40,068 nt of DNA from Octopus bimaculoides (GCF_001194135.2 NC_068984.1:23381398-23421465), one strand, 5' to 3'. Shown: positions 24,892-37,003, counted from the stretch's first letter. Notes: generated by a model not told the origin, from the letters alone. A program made the numbers and translations.

Positions 24892-25650
24892 GTTGTTGCT
24901 TTTTCTTCTTTCTTCAAATTTTCTTCCATTTCTCGCCGAGTGTTTTCCGTACACCTAGGGCAGAGAAACTCGTATGCATTCCCAGTTTACACACGCAAAT
25001 TCACAGGTAAAACATGNNNNNNNNNNNNNNNNNNNNNNNNNNNNNNNNNNNNNNNNNNNNNNNNNNNNNNNNNNNNNNNNNNNNNNNNNNNNNNNNNNNN
25101 NNNNNNNNNNNNNNNNNNNNNNNNNNNNNNNNNNNNNNNNNNNNNNNNNNNNNNNNNNNNNNNNNNNNNNNNNNNNNNNNNNNNNNNNNNNNNNNNNNNN
25201 NNNNNNNNNNNNNNNNNNNNNNNNNNNNNNNNNNNNNNNNNNNNNNNNNNNNNNNNNNNNNNNNNNNNNNNNNNNNNNNNNNNNNNNNNNNNNNNNNNNN
25301 NNNNNNNNNNNNNNNNNNNNNNAGTATGTACGGGGAAGTCCCAGAGAATCGATACATTTTCTCCCTCAGTCACAGCTTCAGGATGGTGTTTATACCATTT
25401 GTCAGCGGTTTTGATTTTATAATGTTGACATATTGTCCAGTGTAAATACTGGCCAACTCTGTCATGTCTTGCTTTATATTCTACAGGTGCTAAGACTCTA
25501 CACCCTGAGATTAGGTGGTCTATAGTTTCAATCGGATCGTTACAAAATCGGCATTTTGGGTCAGCTCCATTTTTTATCACATTGGCTTGGTAGTTCCGGG
25601 TTAATAAGTTTTGGTCTTGAGCAGCCAATATGAAACCTTCACCCTCTGCT
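24841..25650 (-). mobile_element. R4/Dong-type element, 3' portion with (TAA)n tail
   Basis: EGFILAAQDQNLLTRNY..CRFCNDPIETIDHLISGC..RHDRVGQYLHW..ILWDFPVHT, then a gap, a 3' UTR and the (TAA)n tail. Confidence 0.9.
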
Positions 25651-25797
25651 TCAGTAGTTTTATTTTTATAGCGTGCTTTCACTTCACTACCGAGCGCAGC
25701 TCTGTGTACTTTGGGTATGTGCTGTGGTTTACTGTGATGCTCTTATGGTTACTGTATTGAAAGTGTTTTGCGTAGGATGTGTGCAGTGCCCAGTAGT
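25640..25797 (-). mobile_element. Extreme 3' end of a second R4/Dong-type family
   Basis: LLGTAHILRKTLSIQ* (stop at 25749-25751) plus about 100 bp of 3' UTR, fused directly to the element at 24841-25650. Confidence 0.7.
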
Positions 25798-26859
25798 GGA
25801 AATATCCCTAGTATAAGTTTAAGTGATAAAAATCCTTTATTGAGGAGGAAGAGCATAAGGCACCATATGTGCCATCTTTAAAACAGAAAACGGAGTAAAA
25901 GCGCTACAAGAGAGTTAAAGTAGGTCTATGGGATGCTTTTAGCTGTTAGAAATAACAACCAAATTTCCTTTAAATAAACCTACCACGCTAAAAATGATGT
26001 TTAAAACCACATTAGATAATATAATATTAGATATACACTTGGCGGTCAATAAAAGAACAGGATAGTCATAGGTAGAATGCTTTCTATCATCAGCCAACTT
26101 TGGGCTAAACAACAAGAACGAAAAACTCTTCTGCAAACACTGCTTAAAAACAATATTGCATAGACAATTTGATTAAAAGTTCTTTCTCTCGCATTCCTAG
26201 CTGTCTACAAATAAATTCCATGTCAAATATTTACAGCAATCGGCATTCTATTACTGTTAATAAAAGATCAGCATTCTTTTACCGCCAATAAAAGATCCTC
26301 TATGTGGTCGACTGACTTGCCAGAAATAGCAGCCATGCATTCTTAAGCTCATACACTATCATTATTAATTTAGAAGGACTACTTGTATAATAGTTATTAG
26401 TAAACAATGTATGAAATGGTGAAAGCGGTTCATCACAACTAAAGCTCTTTCAATCATGTATTTGCTTGATGGGTGCTTACCAAGAGGCTAAACAACAACC
26501 ATATTTAACTTCTCCCATCAGACTATCTGTTCTCACTCTGTGCAAAGTAATCTACCCTACTGGTCAGGTACATGTAGCTCTTCAACATCAACCTCCAATG
26601 GTCACATTAAGGTCGGATCTACACGCATTCTACACTAACTGCCCTTCATTACATATAAAACCACTGTTTTAAAGTTCACTCGTGAATCAGCCGAAATAAC
26701 GAAGCTACTAATTGAAACAATCTATCTATGTCTACCCACAACTTACACATAATCAAAACCCGATGCCACCAAACATCCAAACTTTTTGGGCTGAAAACTT
26801 AAGTACCTCGTTGTATTCCACTGAAAACTTAGATTTACGTTGATCTATCATATTCATTA

Positions 26860-27000
26860 GCAATATAGGGACCAAGACCAGCAGTCTTTAAGGAAAGGGG
26901 TCAATCGTTACTATCGATCCCAGTACTTCACTGGTACTTCATGTTATCGACTCTGGAAAGAATGAAAGGCGAAGCTGGCCTTACCAAGATTTAAGCCAAA
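26860..27000 (-). mobile_element. SINE family C fragment, old
   Basis: atcgatcccagtac..ctggtactt..ttatcgac..gaaagaatgaaaggc matches the reverse complement of 35245-35310. Confidence 0.6.
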
Positions 27001-27249
27001 TGCTAGACAGTCTGAAGAAATACTTCGAGGCACTTTTCTGATGTCCGAACGATTCTGTCAATTCCTCGACCTAGAATAATAATAACAACTGGAACCGAAT
27101 GACTCTGATCATTTATAGATAGTCTAGTTACTATCGAACATATCTGCAGATTTATTAGCCAACACTGTATATTACGATAGATGTAAACAATATGTCTACA
27201 CAATGTTTGTTTTTTGTTACTCAGTTTTTAGTGAAGCTTATGATACTGA

Positions 27250-27750
27250 TATCAATGGATAGAAGATTGATTTGACGTCGAGGTTTAATGTTAAATATAC
27301 CTTTCATTTTTTATCGAGTATTATTAACTGTTCTGGAATCCATCTGCATAACAAGGGGAAAATTGGTTCGGCAAATTGTTTTAGAAAATAAATTACCGGA
27401 TTGAATTACTCAGAGAATAGTCAGCGACAGTGTTGTGCATATCAGTTACTTAGACTTCTATGTGGCTGGATATTAATAAAGGTTAAGATGGCGACAATAT
27501 GATATTTCAATAACATATACTTCCATGTAGTTGGATATTGATGAAAGTTACAATTCTCGGTTAGTTTCAACCCAAAACATTATGTGTGACATGTTTTGTT
27601 TGCTTGGTTGGAAATCGATCCAACATTTGCCAAATTGAGATAGTTATCTCAGTCGCTGCATCTACTTCAAGATGAATTGGAATGTTATTTGTCCTTAAGC
27701 ATTTGTGTAAGTCTTCTGTTTCGACGAAGAGTGAAATTTCAATAACTGTT
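27250..27750 (-). pseudogene. Ty3/gypsy-like aspartic protease remnant
   Basis: NNIPIHLEVDAATEITISIWQML..KHVTHNVLG resembles the L.LDT(A/G)SDIT..W..LG..HVARNASG segment. Many stops. Confidence 0.45.
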
Positions 27751-28559
27751 CAAATGAAAGTGTATAAAGATGCATGCAATATTCCCAAATGTTCAATAAT
27801 CAATCTAAAATATGAAGAGTTCATCGTATATTGAGCAACAAAACTGTCTAAATGACAAATCTATCTATTTTACAGTAGCGTGCAAATGTAAAACTGTTAA
27901 GTTCTGCAAAAACAAAAGTAGAAAAAGTAAGTGTGGTGATATTGCACTCTGTCTTGCCATTAATGCTATTTGTTGACCATTTATCTTATCAGAATAGATT
28001 GATAAATTGATACCAATTCATTGACGCCATTTCATGAGTGATTTGATTTCAACGAGTTATAAAGTCACGTTGACATCTAATATAAATACACCACATGAAT
28101 ATCTAATAAAAAGTAGATGAATACTTAGATGTTTAACAGTAGTAAGTAGTACAAATTGGTCGTGTGACTAACTATTAACCTGCCTGTGCTTTGTTGAAGG
28201 TAAACATTACCGGTCTTATCATAGCCAATATTTCAAATTCATATTTCGAGTACATTAATGCTAATGCTCAAGTTTCTAAAACAGCTTTTCTTTTATTTAT
28301 TTATTTTTAGAATTTAGTAAATGACATGAGAAAAAAATTTCAGCAGATAAACTGGACCTTAACTCTATGCACCCCACCCCATACACACACACACAAATGC
28401 ATTTTAGACATTTCACGAGTGCCATAACCCACATTCCCCACATCCATATGCAAAAATTGAATCTTGTTCATCAACATCGAAGAACCCGTCGATGTCGGGT
28501 CATCCACTTTCTCGGTATATCTATCAGCGGGAGTGAAAAGTATTCGATACAGCTGATGA

Positions 28560-30180
28560 AATAAATTATCTGGAAATAATCCTGTCAGTCACAAGGAAAG
28601 TGTCTTGGAAAAGTGTTTGGCGTAGACTCTGTATTGACAATACTGAAGCAGCATCGCCTGAAATTTATTGCAACCGAATATCTGCTAAATACACAGGAGA
28701 GGGAACACTTCCAGGGTGATGTTCTCCAAACATGTCTGAATTCAAAACAAAGTCCTTTATTGAACGAGGTTTAAAATGCATATAAATTTCCATTGCTTTA
28801 TGTAGTAAGTAACGCAAATTAACAACTTTGTAATTAAACTGGATGATCATACGTGTATAATGAATACAAGGCATTCACTCGCAGACAACTGACCACCTAT
28901 GACAGTAGCTTCTGAAATGCAGAAACTATTCGACTTCACTGAAACATCAGCTCCATATGATGCTACTGATTTCGAATTTCTCTAAATCAATCCTGGTTTT
29001 TCACAATAAATTATTGGAAGCTGTTAAGTAATCTAGAGTAATTCTTACAGAAAGTCTCTTCTCTTCAAGCTGTCTCCTTCAGATATGATGTTTCATCTCA
29101 GCTGATGTAATACAAAACAACCAGTTTCTGCGACTGAAAATTACAGACAGCAATAGTAAAGATGGTAGACCTTTCTTATGAATTGGTGAAGTAACAGAAT
29201 CGAGCGCAGCAAAGCATTTGCAAGCCTTTTCAAAGCCCAAAGCAGTTATTCCAATGATGTTTTTAAAAAACAAATTATATAACCGATCGAAAGTACAAGA
29301 ACACAGGAATATAAAAGTTTACGAGCACAACTGAATCTCTCCAATGAGGGGCTTTACGTAATGTATCTTATGTTAAAATCAATAAGTGCAATTCATAGCT
29401 TGGCATTTATATTCAAGGATGTCTGCGGGTCAGTTGCATAACTTCAACTTGTGATGGAAAGTCTGGTGGAATTGCCACTTTTTTTCAGTTGTCACCATTA
29501 AAAAACTTCAGGAGTGAAGAAAATTGTAGTAAATAATTCAGTCTCTCCAAAGATTCCCTGCCAATGCCAAGTGAGAGGAGAATTGGCATTGAATTTCATG
29601 AGTACTGTTCTGATTTCATGAAAGGCGTTAGTTATTAACTTACAAACAGAGTGATGTAAATCAAAGTAAGGATTTCGAGAAATTTCTTACTGATGTGGAC
29701 TGTTTGCTACTGACCAACTTTACATAAGATATTCAATTTTTTTTTTATAATTTTCTGCAGAGACTTTCAGTTGTGGACCTGGAACAAGAAATTCGGTATT
29801 TTATCAAAAATATTGAGTGTCTTGTCAAGAAACCACTCCTGGGTGTTTGGGAGGAAGCACTTTTCTCTAAACTCGTTGAAACAGATCTAAGATTGAAAAA
29901 TATATTCCTGTAGATGAAAGAAAAGAAGTATCAAATAAAATCAATTGGTTACAGCTCGCATAAGTTTTGGTACCATTCATGAACAAGTAATTTGAGTCTT
30001 AAAAAAGTTTTGTCCAGACGGTATGAACTTGCTGTTTATACGATTGTCTTCTGTAAGGTGAAGGCAACTGATGAGTATAGCTGTAATGTCCATGCAAATG
30101 TTTTGACATTAGATGTGGTAGAATAATAAAACAAAATCATTAGAGTACTGGAAAGTCATGTAAACAAATCTTATAAATCC
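28560..30180 (+). pseudogene. Heavily decayed hAT-like transposase
   Basis: Fragments appear in the expected order: QGD(G)SPNMS (28712), FHCF (about 28790), helical LKSISAIHSLAFIFKDV..LQLVMES, VDLEQEIRYF..W..LKNIF, and LA*VLVP. Many stops and frameshifts; no TIRs found. Confidence 0.42.
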
Positions 30181-30738
30181 TATGTGAACAGGGTGACTTC
30201 TCTTCTTTAAAGAGAAGAATTTTGTATGTAAACCGCAATCTACAAGCAGCGAACGTTTGATATCTTCATACCGTTTGTTAAGTCACCAGGAAGGCTTCTT
30301 CAACAAAATTCTACAACCACAAATTACTAAAAATTAGCGTTAGCCAACTTTTACCCAAAGCTGTAATCTTATATCATCTAAATAAAAAAAAACATACATT
30401 AAACATCCCCAATAAAAATGTTTTAAAGCATATTTGGAATAGAACAAAACAGCTGGAGAGAAAAACTAAGAGTTGCAAGGAAACTTACTGAACTTAAGTT
30501 TTCCTTCTAAGAATTATAGTATTTCATATTAATACAGTATTGATTAATAATTCACAGTAGTCGGTTTGTATCAGTCACTGTCAAACTTCGAATATCCATT
30601 GTGTTGTAAGATAACCCAAATAATTAATCCACAGATGTCATTGGACGTCACTTCGGATTAATATCTTTAAATATGCATCGATTATTTACTTTTTCAAAGT
30701 TAAAATTCATGTAATCTACGTGCAGTCTATTTGTTAAA

Positions 30739-30778
<40 letters not shown>

Positions 30779-31370
30779 NNNNNNNNNNNNNNNNNNNNNN
30801 NNNNNNNNNNNNNNNNNNNNNNNNNNNNNNNNNNNNNNNNNNNNNNNNNNNNNNNNNNNNNNNNNNNNNNNNNNNNNNNNNNNNNNNNNNNNNNNNNNNN
30901 NNNNNNNNNNNNNNNNNNNNNNNNNNNNNNNNNNNNNNNNNNNNNNNNNNNNNNNNNNNNNNNNNNNNNNNNNNNNNNNNNNNNNNNNNNNNNNNNNNNN
31001 NNNNNNNNNNNNNNNNNNNNNNNNNNNNNNNNNNNNNNNNNNNNNNNNNNNNNNNNNNNNNNNNNNNNNNNNNNNNNNNNNNNNNNNNNNNNNNNNNNNN
31101 NNNNNNNNNNNNNNNNNNNNNNNNNNNNNNNNNNNNNNNNNNNNNNNNNNNNNNNNNNNNNNNNNNNNNNNNNNNNNNNNNNNNNNNNNNNNNNNNNNNN
31201 NNNNNNNNNNNNNNNNNNNNNNNNNNNNNNNNNNNNNNNNNNNNNNNNNNNNNNNNNNNNNNNNNNNNNNNNNNNNNNNNNNNNNNNNNNNNNNNNNNNN
31301 NNNNNNNNNNNNNNNNNNNNNNNNNNNNNNNNNNNNNNNNNNNATATATATATATATATATATATATATA

Positions 31371-31560
31371 GGGAGAATTCACAGAAAAAAAAAAGACGAA
31401 GACAGGTGGTGTAGAAAACAGATGTATTAGTATAACGCTCGGGAAGTGAAAAAGTCTTTAACGTTTCGAGCCTACGCTCTTCCACAGGAAGGAACACAGA
31501 AAGAAACGTGGAGAGAAACACGGAGAGAAAAAAGAATGTGTAGTGGCTAGCGATCTATCG
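31371..31560 (-). mobile_element. Penelope-type terminal repeat with hammerhead-like motif, abutting (TA)n
   Basis: The minus strand reads CTGTGGA-A-GAGC-gtag-GCTC-GAAACGTTA, followed by a pyrimidine-rich tail into (TA)n. Confidence 0.55.
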
Positions 31561-32489
31561 TATATATGCATATATATACACACACACACAAAATATGGGG
31601 GTTTAGTGCACAGGTAATCTAAACGACTAGGTTCGCTGGGTAAGTGCTGTAACTGATTACCAGGGCTCCATGGTTATGGCCGAGACGGGAGTTATGGAAC
31701 CATTGTAGATTTCCAATATAGTGAATATATAATTGTTAAAGAGGCCAACAAATGTTAAGACAAAAACAAACATCTCAAGTCATATACGTTATTATTATTG
31801 GAAAAATTCAAAGTAGTACAACTGTTTCTAGGATATCCTAGTGTGTGGGATATTCCGTCATCGGAGACAAATAGGGAAAATGGGATGGGTATAGATGAAT
31901 GAAACGACGACATAGAGGACAGGAGAAAAGGAATAAGGAGATGAAGAAAAAGAAAGAGAAGAAAAAAGAAGCTTAAGAATACACAGTTTAACTTTCCGAT
32001 CGAGTAGATGTTAGTCCATAAGTCCTTAGGTGCAATCTTGTGTAAGTTAAAGTCTTAATAGTGTAAATATCGAGATACAAACGCGAACGTATAGACGTTT
32101 CGTAAGAGAATGGTAGCGGAGGTGGCTATTAAGGGGTAAAGAGAATGAAAAATAAATAAATAGTAAGAGCAGTAGAGAGAGTCAGGGAGGAAAGCAAGGG
32201 TTGGTATGAAGGATTAGATAAGGTATATATATATATATATATATATATNNNNNNNNNNNNNNNNNNNNNNNNNNNNNNNNNNNNNNNNNNNNNNNNNNNN
32301 NNNNNNNNNNNNNNNNNNNNNNNNNNNNNNNNNNNNNNNNNNNNNNNNNNNNNNNNNNNNNNNNNNNNNNNNNNNNNNNNNNNNNNNNNNNNNNNNNNNN
32401 NNNNNNNNNNNNNNNNNNNNNNNNNNNNNNNNNNNNNTATATATATATATATTATTAGCATCTCAACACTAACAATACTAAAAGATATT

Positions 32490-32590
32490 GACTTCAAGTT
32501 TTGGCACAAGGCCAGCAGGTCTGGTGGAGGGATAAGTCGATTACATCGACGCCAGTGTTCAACTGGTACTTATTTTATCGACCCCCAAAA
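32490..32590 (-). mobile_element. SINE family C, 3' fragment
   Basis: ttggcacaaggccagc..taagtcgattacatcgac..aactggtacttattttatcgacccc. Confidence 0.7.
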
Positions 32591-32786
32591 ATATAAGTTA
32601 TTATATTCAAGCCCAGCCTTTCAAAGGAATAAAGTGCATTTGAAATTTAGACTAAAAAAATATATTTTAAATAATGCAAATTAACGTAAATTTGAAAATT
32701 TGGTAGTAAAGTACTTACCCTCGTTACATTTATGTTTCCAATGCACCTTGTAAAATTGTATAAATATGTAATTTTACAGAAGCAAA

Positions 32787-32853
32787 ATGAAAATACTAAT
32801 CACAATGGCACTGCTTTTTATAATGACTGGAAACGAAATATGCGAGGCCCAAT
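32787..32853 (+). CDS. Signal-peptide exon of a small secreted peptide precursor (MKILITMALLFIMTGNEICEAQ plus phase-1 T)
   Basis: Acceptor ttttacAG (32778-79), start context gcaaaATG, a K followed by a hydrophobic core and a C-E-A cleavage-type motif, then donor T|GTAAGT at 32854. Confidence 0.75.
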
Positions 32854-33307
32854 GTAAGTAATTATTTAGTATATTTATTTGTCTCTCGAAAAAATGTTAT
32901 GAGAAATTCATTTTGGTAGTTTGGGAATGTGGACAACGTTTTGGCCTACTTAATCATGTCTTCTGTTAACATCTACCATATAAATTTCATTCTTTTTCCA
33001 CAATACATCTATACTTTTCATCTTATTTAATTGTTTCGAATAGGTGTTATGTTCTCTTTGTTTGTTACTTCAATGTTGCTTTAATTCTTTTAATTTTTTT
33101 TCCTTTTATTTTAGTCTCATTTCACTTCATTAATAAGGCCGATTATACTATACTTGCACACAAATTACAATTGTTTTATACGCACTTTAAGAATATTTCC
33201 GAGATTGAATAAGAGTCTCGAATGTCAACAAGAACGATATTTCTAGAAATAAAAATTTTAATTTAGGATTTAAGATAAAGCCCAACACTATGACAGAACC
33301 CATATAA

Positions 33308-33343
<36 letters not shown>

Positions 33344-33419
33344 NNNNNNNNNNNNNNNNNNNNNNNNNNNNNNNNNNNNNNNNNNNNNNNNNNNNNNNNN
33401 NNNNNNNNNNNNNNNNNNN

Positions 33420-33472
<53 letters not shown>

Positions 33473-33682
33473 GAAAATCTTACCGTGACGCAAAATTCCA
33501 TTATGCAAAAGGAATTTTTTGTATTTAGATCCATTCGAACAGCTTTTTCTTTTGCTTTTCAAGGACAAAAAAAGAACAGGCCTCATGACCTCTTTTATGC
33601 ATAGAAATATCAATTTCTATAAATACACAGAACATATTTGTACATAAAATACTTGAAGAGAAATACGTTCGAGAATAAATAA

Positions 33683-33708
33683 GAATCGTAATATCGATAT
33701 TACGATTC
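33683..33708. repeat. Perfect 26-bp palindrome GAATCGTAATATCGATATTACGATTC
   Basis: The sequence equals its own reverse complement, with no spacer. Confidence 0.95.
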
Positions 33709-33889
33709 ATAATATTAGATTTTATCTTCAATCTGAAATTTTGATTTCACTTTTTATACCTTCCAAACCAAGATTTTTAACATCTTTTTCTGCAAATCGT
33801 TAGACAAACTTTTGGGTTTTTTAATTACCATCATTCTTATTGCGTTGTGTCTGATCTTCGATCCATATACGCGAGAGCTGTCCATTTTA

Positions 33890-34250
33890 AGCACCTCGTT
33901 AGATCTATGTAAAGATAAGACACGAAAAGTTTACAGACTAACTTCCCAAGCTTCCGGCTCTTTATGTTCTAAGTTGATATCACCAAGACCGACTTTACCT
34001 TTCATAATTTTTGGGGTCGATGAAGTAGGTACCAGTCGAGCACTGGGGTTGATGTTATTGATTAAGTACCTTCCCCAAAAAATTTCAGGTCTTGCGCCTT
34101 CCAGCTCTTTACTTTCTAAGCTCAAGTTGACTTTTCTTTTCATCCTTTTGGAGTCAATGAAATAAGTACTAGTCGAGCATTGGGGTCGATAAACAAATTT
34201 CTTCCACCCTCAAAATTGCTGGCCTTCTCTCAAGATAGGAAAGAGATTAT
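33890..34250 (+). mobile_element. Two tandem old SINE family C bodies
   Basis: The block gactt..ctttcat..ttt(g/t)ggg(g/a)gtc(g/a)atgaa..agtac..gtcgagca(c/t)tggggt occurs twice (about 33990-34060 and 34125-34190). Confidence 0.6.
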
Positions 34251-34484
34251 ATACTCTAAAACACGACCGTATTATTTCTACAAAAATGAATAAAAATAAA
34301 CGTGAATAGTAAATGTAAACAAATGAAAATGGATAGTAATATATTCCGATTTTAATAATTTGTTTGATTTTGTTTCAATTTTTTGTTGGTTATGTTATTG
34401 CTAAGATTGGTCTGGAAATATATGAACAACCGTGTATGTTTGTTCGTTCGGATAATCAAAGTTTTCAGGCACAATATAGAATAT

Positions 34485-34805
34485 ATATAAACGAAATTGT
34501 TACAAACACACATATGGACGCACATACTTACATATAAGCACGAACACATAAGTGCGTGCACACATATGAGCGTGCACACATACGAGCTTGCACACACTCA
34601 CATGCTCATACCGAACAGTTTCAAATGAACGCCAAATCATACATTCAAAATAAATGGAAGTGGAGAGACAAGTTACTGAAGAGATTGCAAGAGTGCAATG
34701 AAATTATTTAACAAAAAACTATATACTGTTTATAAATTAATAAAGGACTGAACCAGTGCGTGTGTTTATTACCGGCATAATGCCTCTCCCAAGGTTTAAT
34801 TGTAT
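34485..34805 (+). repeat. Local repeat copy 1 (left arm of outer inverted repeat)
   Basis: Near-identical reverse complement at 36648-36981; partial direct copy at 37596-37857. Confidence 0.92.
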
Positions 34806-35148
34806 TTCTTTCAACACACGTATCCACATCAAGAATCTTGCACACGAAATACACATACGAAATAGAATATTCGTTACTTCAGAAATTAGTATTTTTCATT
34901 AGGTGGGTTTTTACAGAATGACTTAGAAGATAAGCTGATCATACATGTTGTTAGAGTTAATTATATGGGCTATTTATTTAGGAGGAAGAGAGGGTAAATA
35001 TGCTGTGTTATTAAGTCCAGAGTATGTAAATAACTTGATGCTTTTGCTTTTGACCATGACACATAAACACTTCCTTCCTCACCCAGGAGTTCAAACAATA
35101 AATTAATAGTGTGCATTTACTTACATACATACCTATGTATATAGATAC

Positions 35149-35379
35149 GCGGCGAGCTGGCAGAAACGTTAGCACGCCGGGCGAAATGCTTAGCGGCATT
35201 TCGTCTGCCGCTACGTTCTGAGTTCAAATTCCGCGGAGGTCGACTTTGCCTTTCACCCTTTCGGGGTCGATTAAATAAGTACCAGTTACGAACTGGGGTC
35301 GATATAATCGACTTAATCCGTTTGTCTGTCCTTGTTTGTCCCCTCTGTGTGTAGCCCCTTGTGGGTAGTAAAGAAATAA
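35149..35379 (+). mobile_element. SINE family C, full length
   Basis: GGCGAGCTGGCAGAAACGTTAG head, GAGTTCAAATTCC B-box-like motif, central GCCTTTCA.CCTTTCGGGGTCGA..AAATAAGTACC block and AAAGAAATAA tail. Confidence 0.88.
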
Positions 35380-35579
35380 CACATACACACGCATACACAT
35401 ACATACAAATACACATACATACTTAAACACACACACACAAACACACAAGTTATACAAGGACAGTATAGCACTCAACACAAGTTACATGTAAACTCATTTG
35501 CATAAGTGAACATCTATATATAGTTTTTTATGCGTGTATGTGCGCGCGTGTGTACATGATGTGTGTATGAGGAAGGAGG

Positions 35580-35941
35580 AAGGACCCTTCATCAGTTGTC
35601 GGCTGTCTATCTACTCCTCATTTCGGGCATCCAACGACAATATGAGTCTTCAAAGACAATTGCTCCCATAAATTCTAAAATAAAATTTAGGATTTATGGA
35701 GGGTCAAAGTTAGGAACAAAAACATGACAGTGGAGACATATATATTAATTATTATTTTTTAATTAAACGTGATGCATCCATTTCCAAGTTAGTTTACCTT
35801 CACCTTTTTGATGTGATTCTCTACTCTATACAGTATTTTACCTCCATCCTTCTCTAATTCCATTTTTCCCCTCCTCCCTCCTTCACCGTTTTCTACCTCT
35901 CTTTCTCTCTCTCTCTTTACCCCCTTTCTCGTTCTCTCTCG

Positions 35942-35977
<36 letters not shown>

Positions 35978-36357
35978 CTTTACCCCTTTTCTCTTTCTCT
36001 CTCTCTCTCGTCGCTCAAACGTGACCATCGTCCATCTTTCTTTTCTTCAAATGACCATCTATCTTTTCCTTCACGGATGTGTTTTCTCTCTCTTTTCTAT
36101 CTTTTGTCTTTTCAAAAAAAATTTTCTCCCAGCGTTCACTATTTTCCTCTCATTCTGGTCTGACGACCCTCCATGTTTGTTTTCGTTCGGTTTCCTTGTG
36201 TCTCGATTGTCATGTTTTTATTCCCAACTTTGACCTCCCATAAATCCTAAATTTTATTTTAGAATTTATGGGAGCAACTGTCTTTGAAGACTCAAATTGT
36301 CGTTGAATGCTCGAAATGAGGAGTAGATAGACAGCCGACAACTGATGAAGGATCCTT
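35580..36357. repeat. Inner inverted repeat, arms 35580-35738 and 36199-36357
   Basis: Arms of about 160 bp at roughly 90% identity by eye, around a (CT)n-rich spacer. Confidence 0.9.
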
Positions 36358-36647
36358 TCTCTGTGTTTACTTGTCTTGTTTTCCATTTTTTCTTGTTGTT
36401 CATGTATTTCACTCGTTTTTCCTTCGTTTGCTTACGTATTTCATGTTATTTTCACTGTTGGTGACGTCCTGTACACTTATATGCATGTGTGTATGTGTGT
36501 ATATATATATATATGTGTGTGTGCATATATGTACATATATGTATATGTATAGTGAGTTCAAACAAGAGAAACGACAAAAAAAACCAACAAAAAGCAACAA
36601 CGCGAGGACGTGATACAGATATTGTGTTACTGTATATGTATACATAT

Positions 36648-37003
36648 ATACAATTAAACCTTGGGAGAGGCATTATGCCGGTAATAAACACACGCACTGG
36701 TTCAGTCCTTTATTAATTTATATAGTTTTTTGTTAAATTATTTCATTGCACTCTTGCAATCTCTTCAGTAACTTGTCTCTCCACTTCCATTTATTTTGAA
36801 TGTATGATCTGGCGTTGTTTTGGCGTTGTTTTGGCGTTGTTTCGAAACTGTTTGGTATGACCATGTGAATGTGTGCAAGCTCGTATGTGTGCACGCTCAT
36901 ATGTGTGCACGCACTTATGTGTTCGTGCTTATATGTAAGTATGTGCGTCCATATGTGTGTTTGTAACAATTTCGTTTATATCAGATCAGATAGAGACTTT
37001 TTA
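36648..37003 (-). repeat. Local repeat copy 2 (inverted relative to copies 1 and 3)
   Basis: Reverse complement of 34485-34805 and of 37596-37857; it runs up to the gap edge. Confidence 0.92.

Noticed and set aside
27874-27978. Short Cys-rich frame ACKCKTVKFCKNKSRKSKCGDIALC
   Set aside because: No start or splice support, and it overlaps a probable TIR-like 17-mer.
29740-29913. Strong acceptor followed by a 50-codon open frame
   Set aside because: The frame fits the hAT-like remnant, ends in a stop and has no donor.
33484-33616. Minus-strand exon-like segment (tttatAG ... CACG|GTAAGA, 133 nt, one open frame)
   Set aside because: No partner exons or recognisable protein were found, and it is antisense to the better-supported gene. 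Such sites arise by chance in AT-rich DNA.
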